Positions 26,230 through 40,202 of a stretch of DNA of 64,000 bases are shown here, piece after piece. The translations under genes were made by a program, and so were the position numbers. The notes beneath the pieces were generated by a model. It had not been told where the DNA came from. It made no database searches and was given only the letters and a program-made list of their open reading frames with translations. The stretch's first letter is position 1. Each line of letters opens with the position of its first letter. The DNA lies in NCBI RefSeq assembly GCF_006345805.1, contig NC_043015.1, positions 14,756,001 through 14,820,000 of the forward strand, in the 5' to 3' direction. Origin of the DNA: Octopus sinensis (taxonomy: Eukaryota).

Positions 26230-27470
26230 TCAGAGAGGAAATCTGAATTAAATAGAATAAAATTAATTTCATTACTTGAATAAGTTAATGTAAAAAACAG
26301 ACTGTCTAAATTGTGAGGCCCAGCATTTCTAAGAGCTTTGAGGGCTTTAATTCAGGATCTAAGACTAAAGAGAATGATCTACAGGATTGTTTCTTTGATA
26401 TAAGCAGTGATTGTGTGTTTGTTGCTGTTGAAGGAGACAAGGCTGCCATTTTCACATTGGAGAATATTTTTGAGGTCACTCTTCATTATGTAAATTTATA
26501 TGAGCTGCCTCGGTCACTTGTGAATGATACTTGCGTGAAGAAGATTAAAGAGTGACAAGTAGCATCACCAGCATAGAAATGGGAGTTGTTGGAGATGACA
26601 GCAAGTGTGTCATTAATGTATGTATGGAAGGAAAAGTGTGAGCTGAATTTTGGAACATACCAGATTAATAGAGTGGGCCAGAGTGAGAACCCTATTTGTA
26701 CATGCTGTGTTGGTGTGACCTGAAATAAAACTTCCAGCCAAGAAATAAGAGGAAGTTTAGCCAGGACATTCTTGTGTCAAGTACAATCAAATGATATTGT
26801 TTTAGCTGAATTTCTCAAGGGTTAGGAGAGCAGAGAACAGGTCCCTATAGATAAAGAAGCTCCAGTGGTAGCCACTGAGGAACAATAGATAGATAGAGAG
26901 AAGAGAGAGAGAAAAAGATGTTGAAAGTGAGAGCAATAGATTGATAATTGTCTGGGTCAGAGAGTTTGCCTTTCATGGAAATGTAATATGCAAAGATCTA
27001 AATGTAACCCTAAGAAACAGATTAAGAAGTTTAGAGATGATAAGGTTCAACTGAGAGTGCATGTTTGAGGATGATTGAAGGGATATTGTCAGAGTGAGTG
27101 GCTTTGAAATAACTGGAAGTGTTTTACATTTCTTGCTGTGGTGGTGGTAGGACTGGTGGATTGTTGAAAGGAAAACTTAGGAGTTTTGCTGAGTTGTATG
27201 CAACGTGGAGTCAGATGCAAAGCAGTCAACAATGGGGGAAGCTTTCTTTGTGGGGTACAGTTTACAAAAAGTTTTATCTGCAGTTCTGGAGGCAAGAGAG
27301 CTTGTAGATTGTGCAATGCATAAAATCATCATTTGTTATCAGTAGTCTTGCAGGAGTTGTAGTTAGGTGTAAATGCTATCCAGTTGATAGATGTGAAGTA
27401 TTTTTTTGAAAGTGTTGATAACATCTTGTCTTCACTGAATACATGCCTCTACTGTTGTTGCACAATGACA
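26230..27470 (-). mobile_element. Decayed non-LTR retrotransposon RT region (Jockey/L2/CR1-like)
   Basis: HFYAGDAT at ~26560 corresponds to the YADD motif; upstream frames resemble LRNCAxxLAPxLxKLF. Heavily mutated. Confidence 0.55.
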
Positions 27471-30400
27471 TGTGAACCACTTGGTAGATTTGGGTCTGTG
27501 AAACAAATATATTGGGACACCTGGTGCTGACGAGGGTTTAAAGTAGACAATTTACTGGATATTAAGATCTTCCCACTTAAAGTTGAACAGTTTACAACTT
27601 ACTTTCACTATTAACCATCTACTGACTGGTTAAGACAGCCAGTATTTCTTAATCCAAATGTCTTTCTATCTTTATAAAGCTTTACTGTAGTTAAGGCCTA
27701 GAATGAAGGAATAAATGGTGTAGGGAATATGACATTTAAGAATTTTAAGGACTGGTTTTCAAGTGCACAACATGATATAAAGAAATTTAAATAAAATATT
27801 ATATCATTCTCTTTGTGACTAGATTTACAAAAGTAAATAAAAATAAAAGAATGAAAAATTTTAAAGAAAGCTCTTTTCCCAACAGAACCTTATTATAATA
27901 GCAAAGATTATTATTGTCTCTTTGTTAGCTTTCCTAATGTTACTATTGATTTCTTATATTGGTGCATTAGAATAAATTTAATCTATAGTTTGTATCTAAT
28001 GTTCCAGCCCATGCAAAGCCACAGTGCAAACTCTGTATATGGACCAATTAGTGATTCACTGCAGTGAACTACTGATTGGCCTGTTGGATCACACTTCAAG
28101 TTCAAATGTCCTACAAAGTTCATGAGGTTATGTGATAAAAATAAAACTCTAATCCATAGTATGCATAATTATAGTTTATACTTTGAAATGTTTGGATATA
28201 CATACATTCTTGCATATATTGGCCTCTTATATACTCTGTATGAACATATTCATGCCATATTCTATGCTTGTCTCTTAGAGATTTATTTCATACTCTAAAT
28301 AAGTTCTACACATTTCCTACCGTTTCTCTCAGACCTCGTATTTGTAATGCTATTCAGCTTAATAATTTTCAGTTATATGACTAACAAAACATTTAGCATT
28401 TGTCAGTGAATTGGAAAACTGACACAGAGTTTCCATTTTTAGATTTTCTATTGAAAGTTTCAAGCTTCTCAACAAATTTTAACTTAGCAAAGGAAATCTA
28501 CTTGAAATAAGCAGTTTTTTGTTTTTCCTTGGCTGTGTCAGATGATATTTTTCTCAAACCAATTTAACCTTATATCATCTAAAAACTAAATTTACTTTTG
28601 GCTAAGTGCTATTCATCAATAAACTACAAAGTATTAATGAGATCATTTTTCTTAGTATACAATTATTGTATCTGAGTGTATAATCAATGATACTTGAAAA
28701 ATCGTTTTGTTATTTTGGAATATTCCTGTTAGAGGTATATCTCCTTTAAGTAAGCAGAGAAAATAAATATATCTCTTGTTCAAAATGTTAAAAAAAGGAA
28801 AAAAAGGCAAGTAGAAATTGATTTGAATCAGAAAGACGGCAAAGTCCTGATCATTTCCTAATTAAGGCAACTAACTTATCATACATCATTCTTCCACCCA
28901 ACTGCTACTCTGCAATTGCTCTAATACTTCAAATCAGTTAACAGTTGGAGTTCAGCCAATTTTATGCTGGCTACAATTGCTATCAAATGTTCTTCACCTT
29001 TTAACCATCTAAAATAGTTAGATAGGTGGATGATAGAATCCTCCTTGGTATGACATCACTCACACAACCGAACCTCATAACCCTCAAATCCCTAAGTGGT
29101 TCACTCAGAGAATACCAGAAAAGAACACTGTCTACTACAATATGAATTGGGGTTTAAGAACAATATCATTTACAAAATATCAACCAGAAAAGCAAATGTA
29201 CACTTTTAACTAAACAAGAAAGAGAAAAACTGTATCTTTATGATTAACAAAATTTTCAGTGATCCTTTAACTTTATTTGTTGCATCATTTCTAAACTTAG
29301 CAGCCTGGTAAAAACAGACTGATAAAATAAGTACTGGGCTTTAGTAAAAAAGTACAGGGGTTGAGTTGTTTGACTAAATCCTTCGAGGCACTTCCCCAGC
29401 ATGGCCACAGTCCAATGCCTGAAATAAGTAAAATATAAAAGATAACACTAAAAGTAAGATAACATATGACTCGCAAGTATTCTCCTAACTCCAGAAGTAA
29501 GACTTCTTTAAATTATGGATTATTAACTAAAAAAATTAGGACTTCTATAAGTTTTCCTAAGTAGAGACTTTGATAATTTCCAACTCAAATTTGTTAAATC
29601 CTGGTTCAAGATTAATAAAGTTAACATTCTTTTTCTGTAGATGAAAATCATTTGGTCTCATTAGGTGTAAATGTGGCCTGTGTGGTAAAAAGTTTGCTTC
29701 CTAACCACATTGTTCTGGGTTCCATCTTAGTGCATAGCACCTTGGGCAAATGTCTTCTACTATAGCCCTGGGCAACCAAAGTCTTGTGAGTGGGTTTGAT
29801 TAATGGAGACTGAAACTGAAAGAAGCCTGTTTGTGTGTGTGTGTGTGTGTGTGTAAATATATATGTATATATCTGTGTTTATGCTTCTCTGTGATTGTAC
29901 CCAACACCACTTGACAACTAGTGTTGGTTTGTTTATGCCCCCATAATGTAGTGGTTTGGCACGAAGAGATCAACAGAATAATTACCAGACTTGAAAAAGA
30001 GAAAGTATTGCAATCAATTTGTTCAAAGCAATGCCCTGGAATGGCATGATTGAATCAAATAAAAAACAAAAGATAAATTGGTCCTGTGGTTGAAATTTAG
30101 TTGAATGTAATGGAGAAGCTTAAAATTTTGACAATAAAGACATTTGGCATATTCACTGCCATACAAAGTCCCCATTTCTGTTTAGCTTCCATTTAGCTTG
30201 CTTTGTATATAAAGAAATGTCCTTCTAACCATGAAAACAACTCACAAACATTCCACAATCAGTCCATGAAATATAAGTTAAAATTTGTAAAAGAGAAACT
30301 CTTTGTTTTTCTGAACAGTCTTTCTAACATACTTCATTTTATACATGTATGTGCATGCGCACACACACACTCACTCATACTCACACACATGTATTTGTGA

Positions 30401-32159
30401 AGGTGATGGCTTACTGGTTAGGATATTTGGCTCACAGTTGTGAGTTTGGTTCCTGGTGATGTGCTGTATCCATGAGCAAGACACTTTATTTCATAGTTGC
30501 TCTAATCCATTCAACTGGAAAAAATGAATAGTACCTGTAATTCAAAGGGTCAACCTTGTCACACATTCTGTGCCATGCTGAGACATTAAGTGTACACATG
30601 TATATGGAGTGCTCAGCACGTTAATTTCACAAGCAAACTGTTTTGTTGATCAGATCAACTGGAACCCTCATCATGGGGTGCCAGTATATATGTATTTATT
30701 TATTTATTTATTTATTTGTGTGTGTATAATTTCAATATGGAGCAAATAATTCACAGGAAAATAATTTGCAAAAATATCATTGACTCTATTATTATAGTGT
30801 AACAATTTAAAAATGATAATAACAGAATCAATAATGTAGGCAATTGCAGGTCCCAAAAGAAAGCATTAGATAGCTGAAGGATTAAAATTAATCGAAGGAC
30901 ATACTAAGTACCCCTACAATACTTGCTTTTCCCTTAAAATTTCTTATTTACTTTCTGCCCGTCATATTAAGAACTACAGATTTCTGCCTCCACCCCCCCT
31001 CCCCAACACAATTTCCATGATCATAACTTTCAGAATTATGGATATTTTTTTAATAAAATTTTCTACGAATATGTGTTCTATCATGTCAATTTTGAATGTA
31101 TAAAAATTGGGGTGGGGGGGGTAACTGTTTTAGAAGGGGTGAGGATTTTCTGAAAATTCACCCAAGTCTACTTCAATTTGTCTTAACTTTCAAGAAAATG
31201 GATATTTTTTAATGAAACTCTCTACGTTAGATTCACTTCTTTAAAAAGGTTTCTCAATGTCAACTTCTGGTGTTGACATAAAAATGGCAAAGTCTGTCCC
31301 TGTCTAAATTTTTATGTTTTCATTTCAAGTTTTAATTCGCTATTTGTAAACAACTACAATAAATTACTGAAAAAAAGTACTTAGTAAGTTCACAAATTCA
31401 AATATTCGGTACAAGACACTTTTTTTAAAGGTGCTTTTATTTATACAATTTTTTCATTCCATGTCCATCTCATTCATTGTTCACAATACTCTCACACACA
31501 CACACACTCCCGGTTTGATTTCTTTATTACACAAATATCATGTTAAAATTTTGCAATTAATCATGTGGCACCCCAAAAATATGGGCATTATTTTGCTGGA
31601 ACTCGCACACTTAGTTTATTTATGTAAAAAATTTTTTAATTTATTTTCTTTTTCATGCTGTGCTCAGTTCTATGTATTTATAAGTAACACATGCACAAGT
31701 GTTTTTGTATGTACGTTTGTATACATTTCTGTATAGTGTGTGTCTGTGTGAGTGAGTGAAAGGGTGTGTTGTGATATATTTGTACATTCATAAATACATG
31801 TGCATACACCTTTTCTCTCTGTATGTATGTCTGTGTGGTGCATGTGAGAGGGAGCGTGATGTCTAAGTGGCACACACACACACACACACTCTCTCTCATG
31901 CACACACACATACAAGAAAGATGTACGCCTATTATTATGTATGTACATATATATGACAACACACCCTTTCACTCACTCTCTCTCTCTCACACACCTCCAT
32001 TTCATCTGTGGTTTGATACTGTATGTGTGTGTGTGCTCGTGGCGTGTGTGTGCTCTTGATGCTCCTGGTGACATACGTAAAACATTTGTAACATTACTAC
32101 TCTCCTAAGTAAGGCAACAAAAAAAATTTGCAGTTGCCATTGTCTGGCTTTTCTCACAG

Positions 32160-32640
32160 GAGGACAAACAGCTCATTCTGCTTTTAAAATACCACTAAAC
32201 CTGGTCACAAGTGACAGTCTAATCTGTAACATAAGCAAAGATTCAGGTTCAGCAGAAGTGTTGTGCCAATGCCACCTTATCATTTGGGATGAATGCACCA
32301 TGTCACATAGAGGTGCAATGGAAGCCCTTGGTAACACCTTACAAGACATTGGAGGCAACAATAAATTTATGGAAAGATTTACATTACTTTTATCAGGAGA
32401 ATTCAGACAGACATTACCAGTCATTCTGAGACAAACAAGATCTGATGAAATAAAAGCATGCATTAAGTCTTCATACCTCTGGAATAAAGTACTGAAATTC
32501 TCCTTCAGTACTAATGTGCCAGATTCATTACATGGAGACCAATGTCCAAAACAGTTTTCAACCTGCCTCCTCCAAATAGGAAATGGGAAAGTACCACTTG
32601 ATGGGAATGATGATATCATATTGCTATCATGATGAATTCC
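32160..32640 (+). mobile_element. Helitron PIF1-helicase fragment
   Basis: LIIWDECTMSHRGAMEAL...LLSGEFRQTLPV...EIKACIKSSYLW...LLQIGNG are helicase motifs II/III of Helitron RepHel. Confidence 0.88.
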
Positions 32641-32681
32641 CCAGCTCATTTGAAGAACAGAGTATTGTCAGACTTAAGCAA

Positions 32682-33287
32682 TCTTACATATTAAAACTGA
32701 AAATGTGTGTATATTGGTATGTCCTCATTTTGTGCCAAAACAGCTCGACCGATTTTTCTTAAATTTCACATGCACATTACTTATGTGTCTGGGGAGGTTT
32801 TAAGTATAAATTGATTTCGAAAAAATGTTTGGGTAAACGGCAGAGGAATAACATTTGGGTGCAGTTGAACAGTGAGTGTTATTATTTTAAGCTTCCAAGG
32901 GAAATAACCCAATTCTCCATCATAAATTATTTTTAAGCTTCCAAGGGAAATAACCCATTCCCTCCTTCATAAATTATTTGATAAAAATGAAATTGAGTAT
33001 ACTTATTTCTTAGTATTTGAACTATTTTAGTTATTTTCTCAATTTATTCAGTACAAGTTAATAGTATTCTCCTAAACAATAGATCCACTTATTTCAGTTA
33101 GTGACTTTTCCCGAATACTGCTGCTGAGGGTAATATTCTCTGGGAACCCACAAAAGCTTTTTTCACAGTTAATTATTTTGAATTGTTATTATCTCATATC
33201 TGATTAGCCTGTTATTACACAACATATTTCATGAGATTTTAATATACACTAGCACTATGACCCGGCAGCACTGGGTCATAGTGCTAG
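32682..33287 (+). mobile_element. Non-autonomous Helitron-like element (tentative bounds)
   Basis: 5' TC followed by ...aaaactgaaaatgtgtgtat; ~46-bp internal tandem duplication at 32881-32978; a hairpin plus CTAG at 33261-33287 could be its 3' end. Confidence 0.45.
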
Positions 33288-33608
33288 TGCATGCATATAC
33301 AGCTGCGTTCGTGCACACACACGTGAGTACTGTCCAAATCTCCGACCAATCACATACAGCTAGCTGGCATTCAATTGGCATATCAAGTTTCAGGCATTTT
33401 GATTGGGTTTTGGATAGAAAATTCATGAAAAGGTCATTTCTATTGATTTTTTAATGGCTTTGCAGGGTGACTGGGGAAATGTAAAGATGTGCACAACCAC
33501 CCTTGGACGGTTTTGAATGACCATAGAAAATGCGAGCCCTCTAACTGAAAAATTGTGGATTTGTATAAAGGATACACACACACATTTTGCCATTTATATA
33601 TATAGAGA
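33249..33608 (-). mobile_element. Non-autonomous Helitron-like element
   Basis: Minus strand starts TC(TA)n...(TG)n and ends in a GC-rich hairpin followed by CTAG. Confidence 0.55.
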
Positions 33609-35547
33609 TACCTTATTAGTATTTCTTTTTATGTTCTATATACTCTGGGAACATATTAAAGCCCCTTTCAAGGCTACTTTATTTGAATTCTTACTATAGG
33701 GTAATTAATAAACAATATAGATTACAAAAAAATTTGTAGGCAAAATTTTTGGAAGGGGGCAGGGGGAGGAATTTTGGATCAGACGGCCCACATAAGTTGG
33801 AATTTCTCTGTTTTGACGAGGATTATTTCCAATGTTTTTCACCAAAATCTTCAGAATGATGGGAGGCATCTTTTCACAAAAAAAAAAAAATTTGAAAATT
33901 TCTTTTCACTCCTGCCACCCCTTTACCATCCCAGTTTGAAATGATTCTGGTCATTCTTTTTTTCTTTCACTACACACTTAAAACCCGTGAGAGAAACATT
34001 TTTGGTTTAAAAGAAAATTGTTAATAATTTCAGAGGAAAATGTGTGATTTAAGGGAGATCTGGCTGTTGTTTCTAACACATCTCTAAACCTCCCTCTTTG
34101 TTTCTTCTTCATTCACACATCTATTGATATTTTTCAATATTTTTCTCTCCATAAACAAATTTTAGGGAACGATGATGTCAAAGTAACATATGTGTAGTCC
34201 CAACCAAGCAAGGCTGTGTTATGTGTGTGTATAAGGAAAAAAAAACTAAAAACATCTTTAGTGTTCATATTAATCTGTCAAATGTAATGCTTATTTGTTC
34301 ATGTTATTTTGAATCATTCAGGTTCAAGAGGAATGTCCACAATATTTGCTTTGTAACTTTGTAAATTTTTTACATACTGATTTGAAATTTTCTCAGTGGG
34401 TGCATTATATACCATTGGTTTATAATTATGTAATTTTAGCTAATCTTGCTGAGTAAACTTGGCTTTTATGGGCAGATAAATTTAATTAACAGGTGTAAAA
34501 GTAATAACATTATGGATAAACACTAAAATTGAAATTCTTAATGCATTACCTGTTTGATTTGTTACTAAAGTTATCCCTGATTGCAACCGACAAAAATTTT
34601 GCCACTTTTCAAGATGAGATACATTAATTTGAATTAATTAAAATACAGGTATAATCGGTACAAGATATTATTCTTTCAGTAAATATTTCACACCTCGGTG
34701 TGGAATAATTTTTTACCACAGTTTTTTCAGGTACATTCAATGTATCTGATCTCCAAACAAGCTGCAAACTACTTTTTACCAGAAAAGAATGGTGGGAGGG
34801 ATGGTGGGGACCTTGAAGTTTCCCACCAAGGAATTTTTGTTTTACGAGTCAATTTTTCTTTTCCAGGTTATTTTGCATACTTTCAATGAATGTGACATTG
34901 AAATCACATGTTAACAGCTCCTTTTTCTTGAAAAAGAAAGATTTGGTTGCTATTTCTAGCATGCTCTGCTACCACGTAACAACTATTTGCATTTAAATCA
35001 AAATATTTGTGTTCACACCGAAATATTTACCAACTTTTTTCCTTCCATTTATTTTTTCCACTTTATGGAAGTCAATATTTTCTCTGTTGACATCCACCTA
35101 AGCAAGGTCACAGATCAAATGGAAACACATCAATTACTGTTCCCTCTTGACAGGACAAAGAGATTTCCCACTGTCTTTGCAAGTAACAAGCGGGTGAATT
35201 TGGTTTCAAATCCAGGTGGGGCCAAACGAGGTCCTACAAGTTATTCATAATGATTTTTGACGTTATATAGGGCTTGAAAGAATGACACGTATGATATTAA
35301 ATATGCTAAAGACAATCTGAAAACAATAGAAACTTTTAAACGTTCACCAGTTTTTATGAAATTTTTGGGTTAACAGACTTCAGTTAATGGAAATTACTTA
35401 GTTTGATAATGATTTTCAAAGTTAACTTAAAAGTTAAATTGTTATCAAAAATGTTAGCTTTATTCATTAATGATTAATGGATTAACAGACTTACGCTCAG
35501 CTCTGCATATATATATATATATTTATATATATGTATATATATTTATA

Positions 35548-35625
<78 letters not shown>

Positions 35626-36564
35626 TGCAATCATATCTGTTTGTGTGTATATATTTTCAATAAAGTGAATGCAAATTCAAAGTGTGAAGCTGGTGGGATT
35701 GGAACATAGATCTCTTAATTGGCGATTTGGTGTGACAACCACTGTGCTACATACACTTCTAAGACTTCATTGTTGTATGAAACCACCGAGATGTCTTTCT
35801 TTTTAAAAAAACAAAAGTTCTCAATGTTAATGCATCAGCCTCTCAGAGTGTTTGATTAGTTTCATCAATCCCAACATTTCAATCAATTCAATGTTCTTTT
35901 CTCTACTTCATTCATAGATTAGTCCTCAACAAATGCAAATTTAATTTGAATTTGTAATTTACTGATTGGAAAGGAATCCTAATTACCTGGTATAGATCTT
36001 ATAAAGATGTTTTTGTTCATCCCAGCTGCTGTAGTCAGGTTTAGCTTCAGCTTAAGGTTTGTCATGTAGAATTAAGTATTAATTAGTTATCAGAGCAGCT
36101 TTGTCGTTCACCACTTCAATTGCTATATATTTCAAAATATCTACAAGCTTTTTGTTTTAAAGACCGAATATGAACAACTGTATATACATATTCATTGTAT
36201 ATAGACCATTCAATGACTGATGCAATTAAAAGATAAGTTATCTCAAACATTTATCTTCATTATTGATTTTTTTTTACCGCATTCTGTAACATTATACTAT
36301 CAATGTGCACCATCATTTATATAAGTTGTATTTTCTCTGATGACTTTAAATGAACAGAGAAAAGGGAGCAGTTTAGGAAATATACTAATAGGATTAAAAT
36401 GATAGTGTTTGCCTTAAGTTTTTATTATCAAATGAGCTAAAATAAACTTTGAAATCCTCCAGCAGGGAAGAAGAATAAATGACAAACATGAAACTTATTC
36501 AGCTCTCATAAAAATTTTTGAAATCTGGTTTTAGAATGCATTTTCAGATCATTTGCAATATATA

Positions 36565-36792
36565 TTTACCCCTTACTATTTAAACTAGTTATATCCAGCC
36601 CAAATATTCTACCTGCTTTATATTGAAACTGGCCAGATTTTGTCTCTTATACCAACCTTACACTGTTATTCTAAAAATAAGCAATCACATCTTTGAAATT
36701 TCAAAGCTATGAAATAATGCATGATTAATTTAAAACAATGGGAATAAATAAGTATTATATTTAACAAAGTAATTTGGGTGTTAAAGGGTTAA
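36565..36792. mobile_element. ~225-bp TTAA-CCC...GGG-TTAA MITE (piggyBac-type ends), family 1
   Basis: Termini match further copies at 48089-48305 and, in opposite orientation, 50810-51041. Confidence 0.7.
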
Positions 36793-37104
36793 CATATATT
36801 ACAGTCCTAGTAATTTTTCTATATATAATACTATGCATCTAAAAATACATCTAAAATGCATTTCAAACTAGAATCGTTAAAGTATTGGAAAAAATGCCTC
36901 GAAGTATTTCTTCCAGCTCTTTACATTGAATTGAATTCCTGGTTAGGTTAGCTTAACCTTTCATCTTTATTGGGTCAACAGAACAAAGTACCAATCAAGT
37001 GCTGGGGTTGATGGCATTGACTAAGCCCCTCCTCTCAAAATTGCTGACCTTGTGCCAAAATTTGAAACTATCATCATCATCATTATCATTATTATTCAAA
37101 AGCA

Positions 37105-37295
37105 GTGAACTGGTAGAGTTACTAGCATGCTGGGTAAAATGCTTAACAATATTTTGTCCGTCTCTATGTTCTGAGTTCAAATTCTGCCAAAGTCAATTTT
37201 GCCTTTCATCTTTAGTACCCATTGAGCAATGGGAGTTGATATAATTGACTTACCCCACTACCTGGAAATTGCTGGCCTTGTGCTAAAATTTGAAA
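37105..37295 (+). mobile_element. tRNA-derived SINE, family B
   Basis: ctgagttcaaattctgcc...ctttgcctttcatc...ggccttgtgc. Other copies at 45255, 45498, 48900 (+) and 52185, 52405, 55548 (-). Confidence 0.8.
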
Positions 37296-37469
37296 CCATT
37301 ATTATTATTATTATTATTATTATTGATTAATTAATTAATATTGTTATTACTATTATTATTATTATTACTGCCATACCTGTGTTGTCAAAATTACCAACAA
37401 TTTTATTAATGATAGAAAATGGTGTTATCAAATGTCTCTGTTGAAAATATAAATTGTTTCTTTGCCTAG

Positions 37470-37930
37470 TGGCCTCAGTGAAAGAGGTTGTGTGGTGAAC
37501 CAGATTGAGCGGGCTGAAGACAGATTTATCTCGTCTTTGGCCAAATCCTCATCAACCTTTTCAAGTTTCATTTGAAAAGGAAAGTGAGGGTAGAGGCGGG
37601 GAAAGTGCTGCCTCCCAGCAATTTTGTTAAAAGGTGTGTGAATGTAGCAAATATGATCTGAGTGAATGAGCTTACTCTAAGCATGCACCTGTAGGTTGTA
37701 GGAAGACAGTGAGGAGAGGGCACTTACCATAGTGGTCAGGGTAATACTGGTTTTGTGGGGTCTCTGCAAGTAGCTTAGGAAGTTTCCATGTTTTGGGGAA
37801 TTATCCATTGTTAAAATTTTATATCGTTAGTACTTTTTACATCTTACACACCTTTATGTAACCCCACATTCTGTTATCCTGTACCAGCCCCAATGTTTTT
37901 GTGAACCCTTAGTGGTTAATAAAGAAAACA
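37470..37930 (+). mobile_element. L1/Tx1-like LINE 3' end fragment
   Basis: LINLFKFHLKRKVRVEAGKVLPPSNFVKRCVNV resembles Tx1-type ORF2 C-termini; followed by a UTR ending aataaagaaa. Confidence 0.5.
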
Positions 37931-37937
37931 TTAACAT

Positions 37938-38275
37938 TATTATTATTATTATTGAGTGAGAGAGCAGTGCATGCCATCAAAGTGACACTGGAGTAAAATA
38001 TACAAAGCCCAGTATACCCATCATGACTACCCGTCTGATAAGGGTACACTAGGCACATGCATCACAACCATATGTGCATAACATGGTGATCTCATATCAA
38101 GATAAACAGCACATGACCTTGCAGGTAGGGCCCAGTTAGAATTTTCTTCTGTTCGAGTAGTCCATCCCGCTCAAAAGGTCCCTGAATAAGGGTCGTTTTA
38201 GGATGTTGAACAAAACACCCATGTTTCCAGAGATGAATTATTCAAACCCCAAATAATTCCTCTCAACACATGAGG
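37938..38275 (-). mobile_element. 3' tail fragment of a non-LTR retroelement
   Basis: Minus strand ends gatggcatgcactgctctctcactc followed by an (aat)n tail. Confidence 0.5.
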
Positions 38276-38410
38276 GTATTACTGTTCAGGGTCAAAACAT
38301 CCAATGATCTTTTGGTACAGTCTGATTACATTAATTCCTTCTGGCCAAAGCTACATTCACCAGGGTGAATGGAAGAGAAGCATTTTCTATTAGGTGTTAT
38401 CAATAATACA

Positions 38411-38463
<53 letters not shown>

Positions 38464-38522
38464 GCACACACATATACACACATGCTTTTATACATGCATG
38501 TGTGAAGGCATGCACACATATA

Positions 38523-39564
38523 TACTGAACTACAAAAAAATGTCGCACACATACTAAATAGAAACTGGTTTATTAACAGTCTGCCATAGAATTGATTGAA
38601 GGGTGCTAATTAAGAAACTGTTCTTTCCTAATGATAAAACTTCATTTCCTGAAACATGTTTGACATCACATGATGTCACATGATGACGGAGTATCCTGGA
38701 TCCAAAGAGATGAACTCAATATCTCGTGTGACCTCCATTAGCATTGATTACCACCAGGCATCTTCTGTACATTAAATGCACCAAATGATTGATGAAGGCC
38801 ACGGGGATAGCAGTGTTAAAACTTGCAATGAGTTGTACTGCATTTGTTGGCCTTGGACAGATATCATTTAGCCTTCTTTGGATTTCGTCCCACAGTTGCT
38901 CTATTGAGTTCAAGTATGGACTTAGGGCAGGCCATGGCAGTGTCTGGATGTTGTGCTGTTGGCACAATGTTAGGCCTCAACACTTGGTTGATGTAGTGAG
39001 CAGCAGTTACTCTACTACCCCAGCCTTGGCTGATGTTTTGGAAGACCACTGGTCCAAGTTTCTGGTTGATTGCAATCCCACCCCATACCATGATGCTCTG
39101 TCCTCTCCATGAGTCTCTCTCCACCACACAGGCATTGGCATGATGTTCACCCCTTCTTCTCCAAACCCTAGCTCTGCCATCTACCACAGAAATGCATTAT
39201 TGACTTTTGTCAGAGAAGACTACAGTCCTCCACTGCTGGTATTGTCAGTTCTGACGTTTTTGAACCCACTGCAGATGTGCCCATCTGTGAGGATGGGACC
39301 CCAAGTTGGACATCAACAAGACAGATTGAAAGAGATCAACTGGTGGTGAACTCTCTCTACTCAAATGGGTCTGTGGTGAATCCCTATGGTCTGCCTAGCT
39401 GATTCTGTTGCTCTCTGGAATTGGTCCTGCAAGTGCTACCAGTGCAGGTGGAGATCTTCATGTGCTGTTGTAACCCTTGGTCAGCCACTGCATGGACAAT
39501 CATCTATGCTGTTTGTGGCATTGTATCATATTTTACAGTGCAACGTTTCTTTTGTAGTTCAGTG
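38523..39564 (-). mobile_element. Decayed Tc1-family transposon
   Basis: TIRs (t/c)actgaactacaaaa..aa.g..gcac with TA TSD. Frames include SIMVWGGI and LPWPALSPYLNSIEQLWDEIQRR...RRCLVVINANGGHTRY. Confidence 0.9.
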
Positions 39565-39571
39565 TATATAT

Positions 39572-39605
<34 letters not shown>

Positions 39606-39989
39606 ATGTGTGTGTGTGTGTGTTATATATATGAATTTGTAATAATTTGTATTTATCTATCTAGCTTTATTCCTCGTTCTTATAATCAAACTTAACCCCT
39701 CTCCTTTCTATTCAGTGTTTAGTTTTATATTCAATTTATTTCTGCTGGCTGCAATTACGAGTGTTAAGTATATGCTTATGGTTGTTAATTAAATAACTGC
39801 ATTTCCCAAATTAAAATCTCTAACCGATTTTGTAACTAATCAAGTGTAAATCCACTTACTTATTAATCTTGTAAAAATAATCTTTTTACTTTTCATTTAT
39901 CTATAAATTCATTCATTTCAAATGTTTCCACAATAATATGTGCAATTTAAATTTTCTAACGTCAGTGATTATGCATTAACCCTGCTTAT

Positions 39990-40171
39990 GTGTGTCTATA
40001 TACATATATGTGTGTATATGTATGTGTGGGTATGTATATACATATATGTATGTATATATATGTATGTATGTATGTATATAATATATATGTATGTATATAT
40101 ATATTATATATATGTATATATATATATATATGTATGTATGCATCTGTATATGTATATATATATATATATAT

Positions 40172-40202
<31 letters not shown>

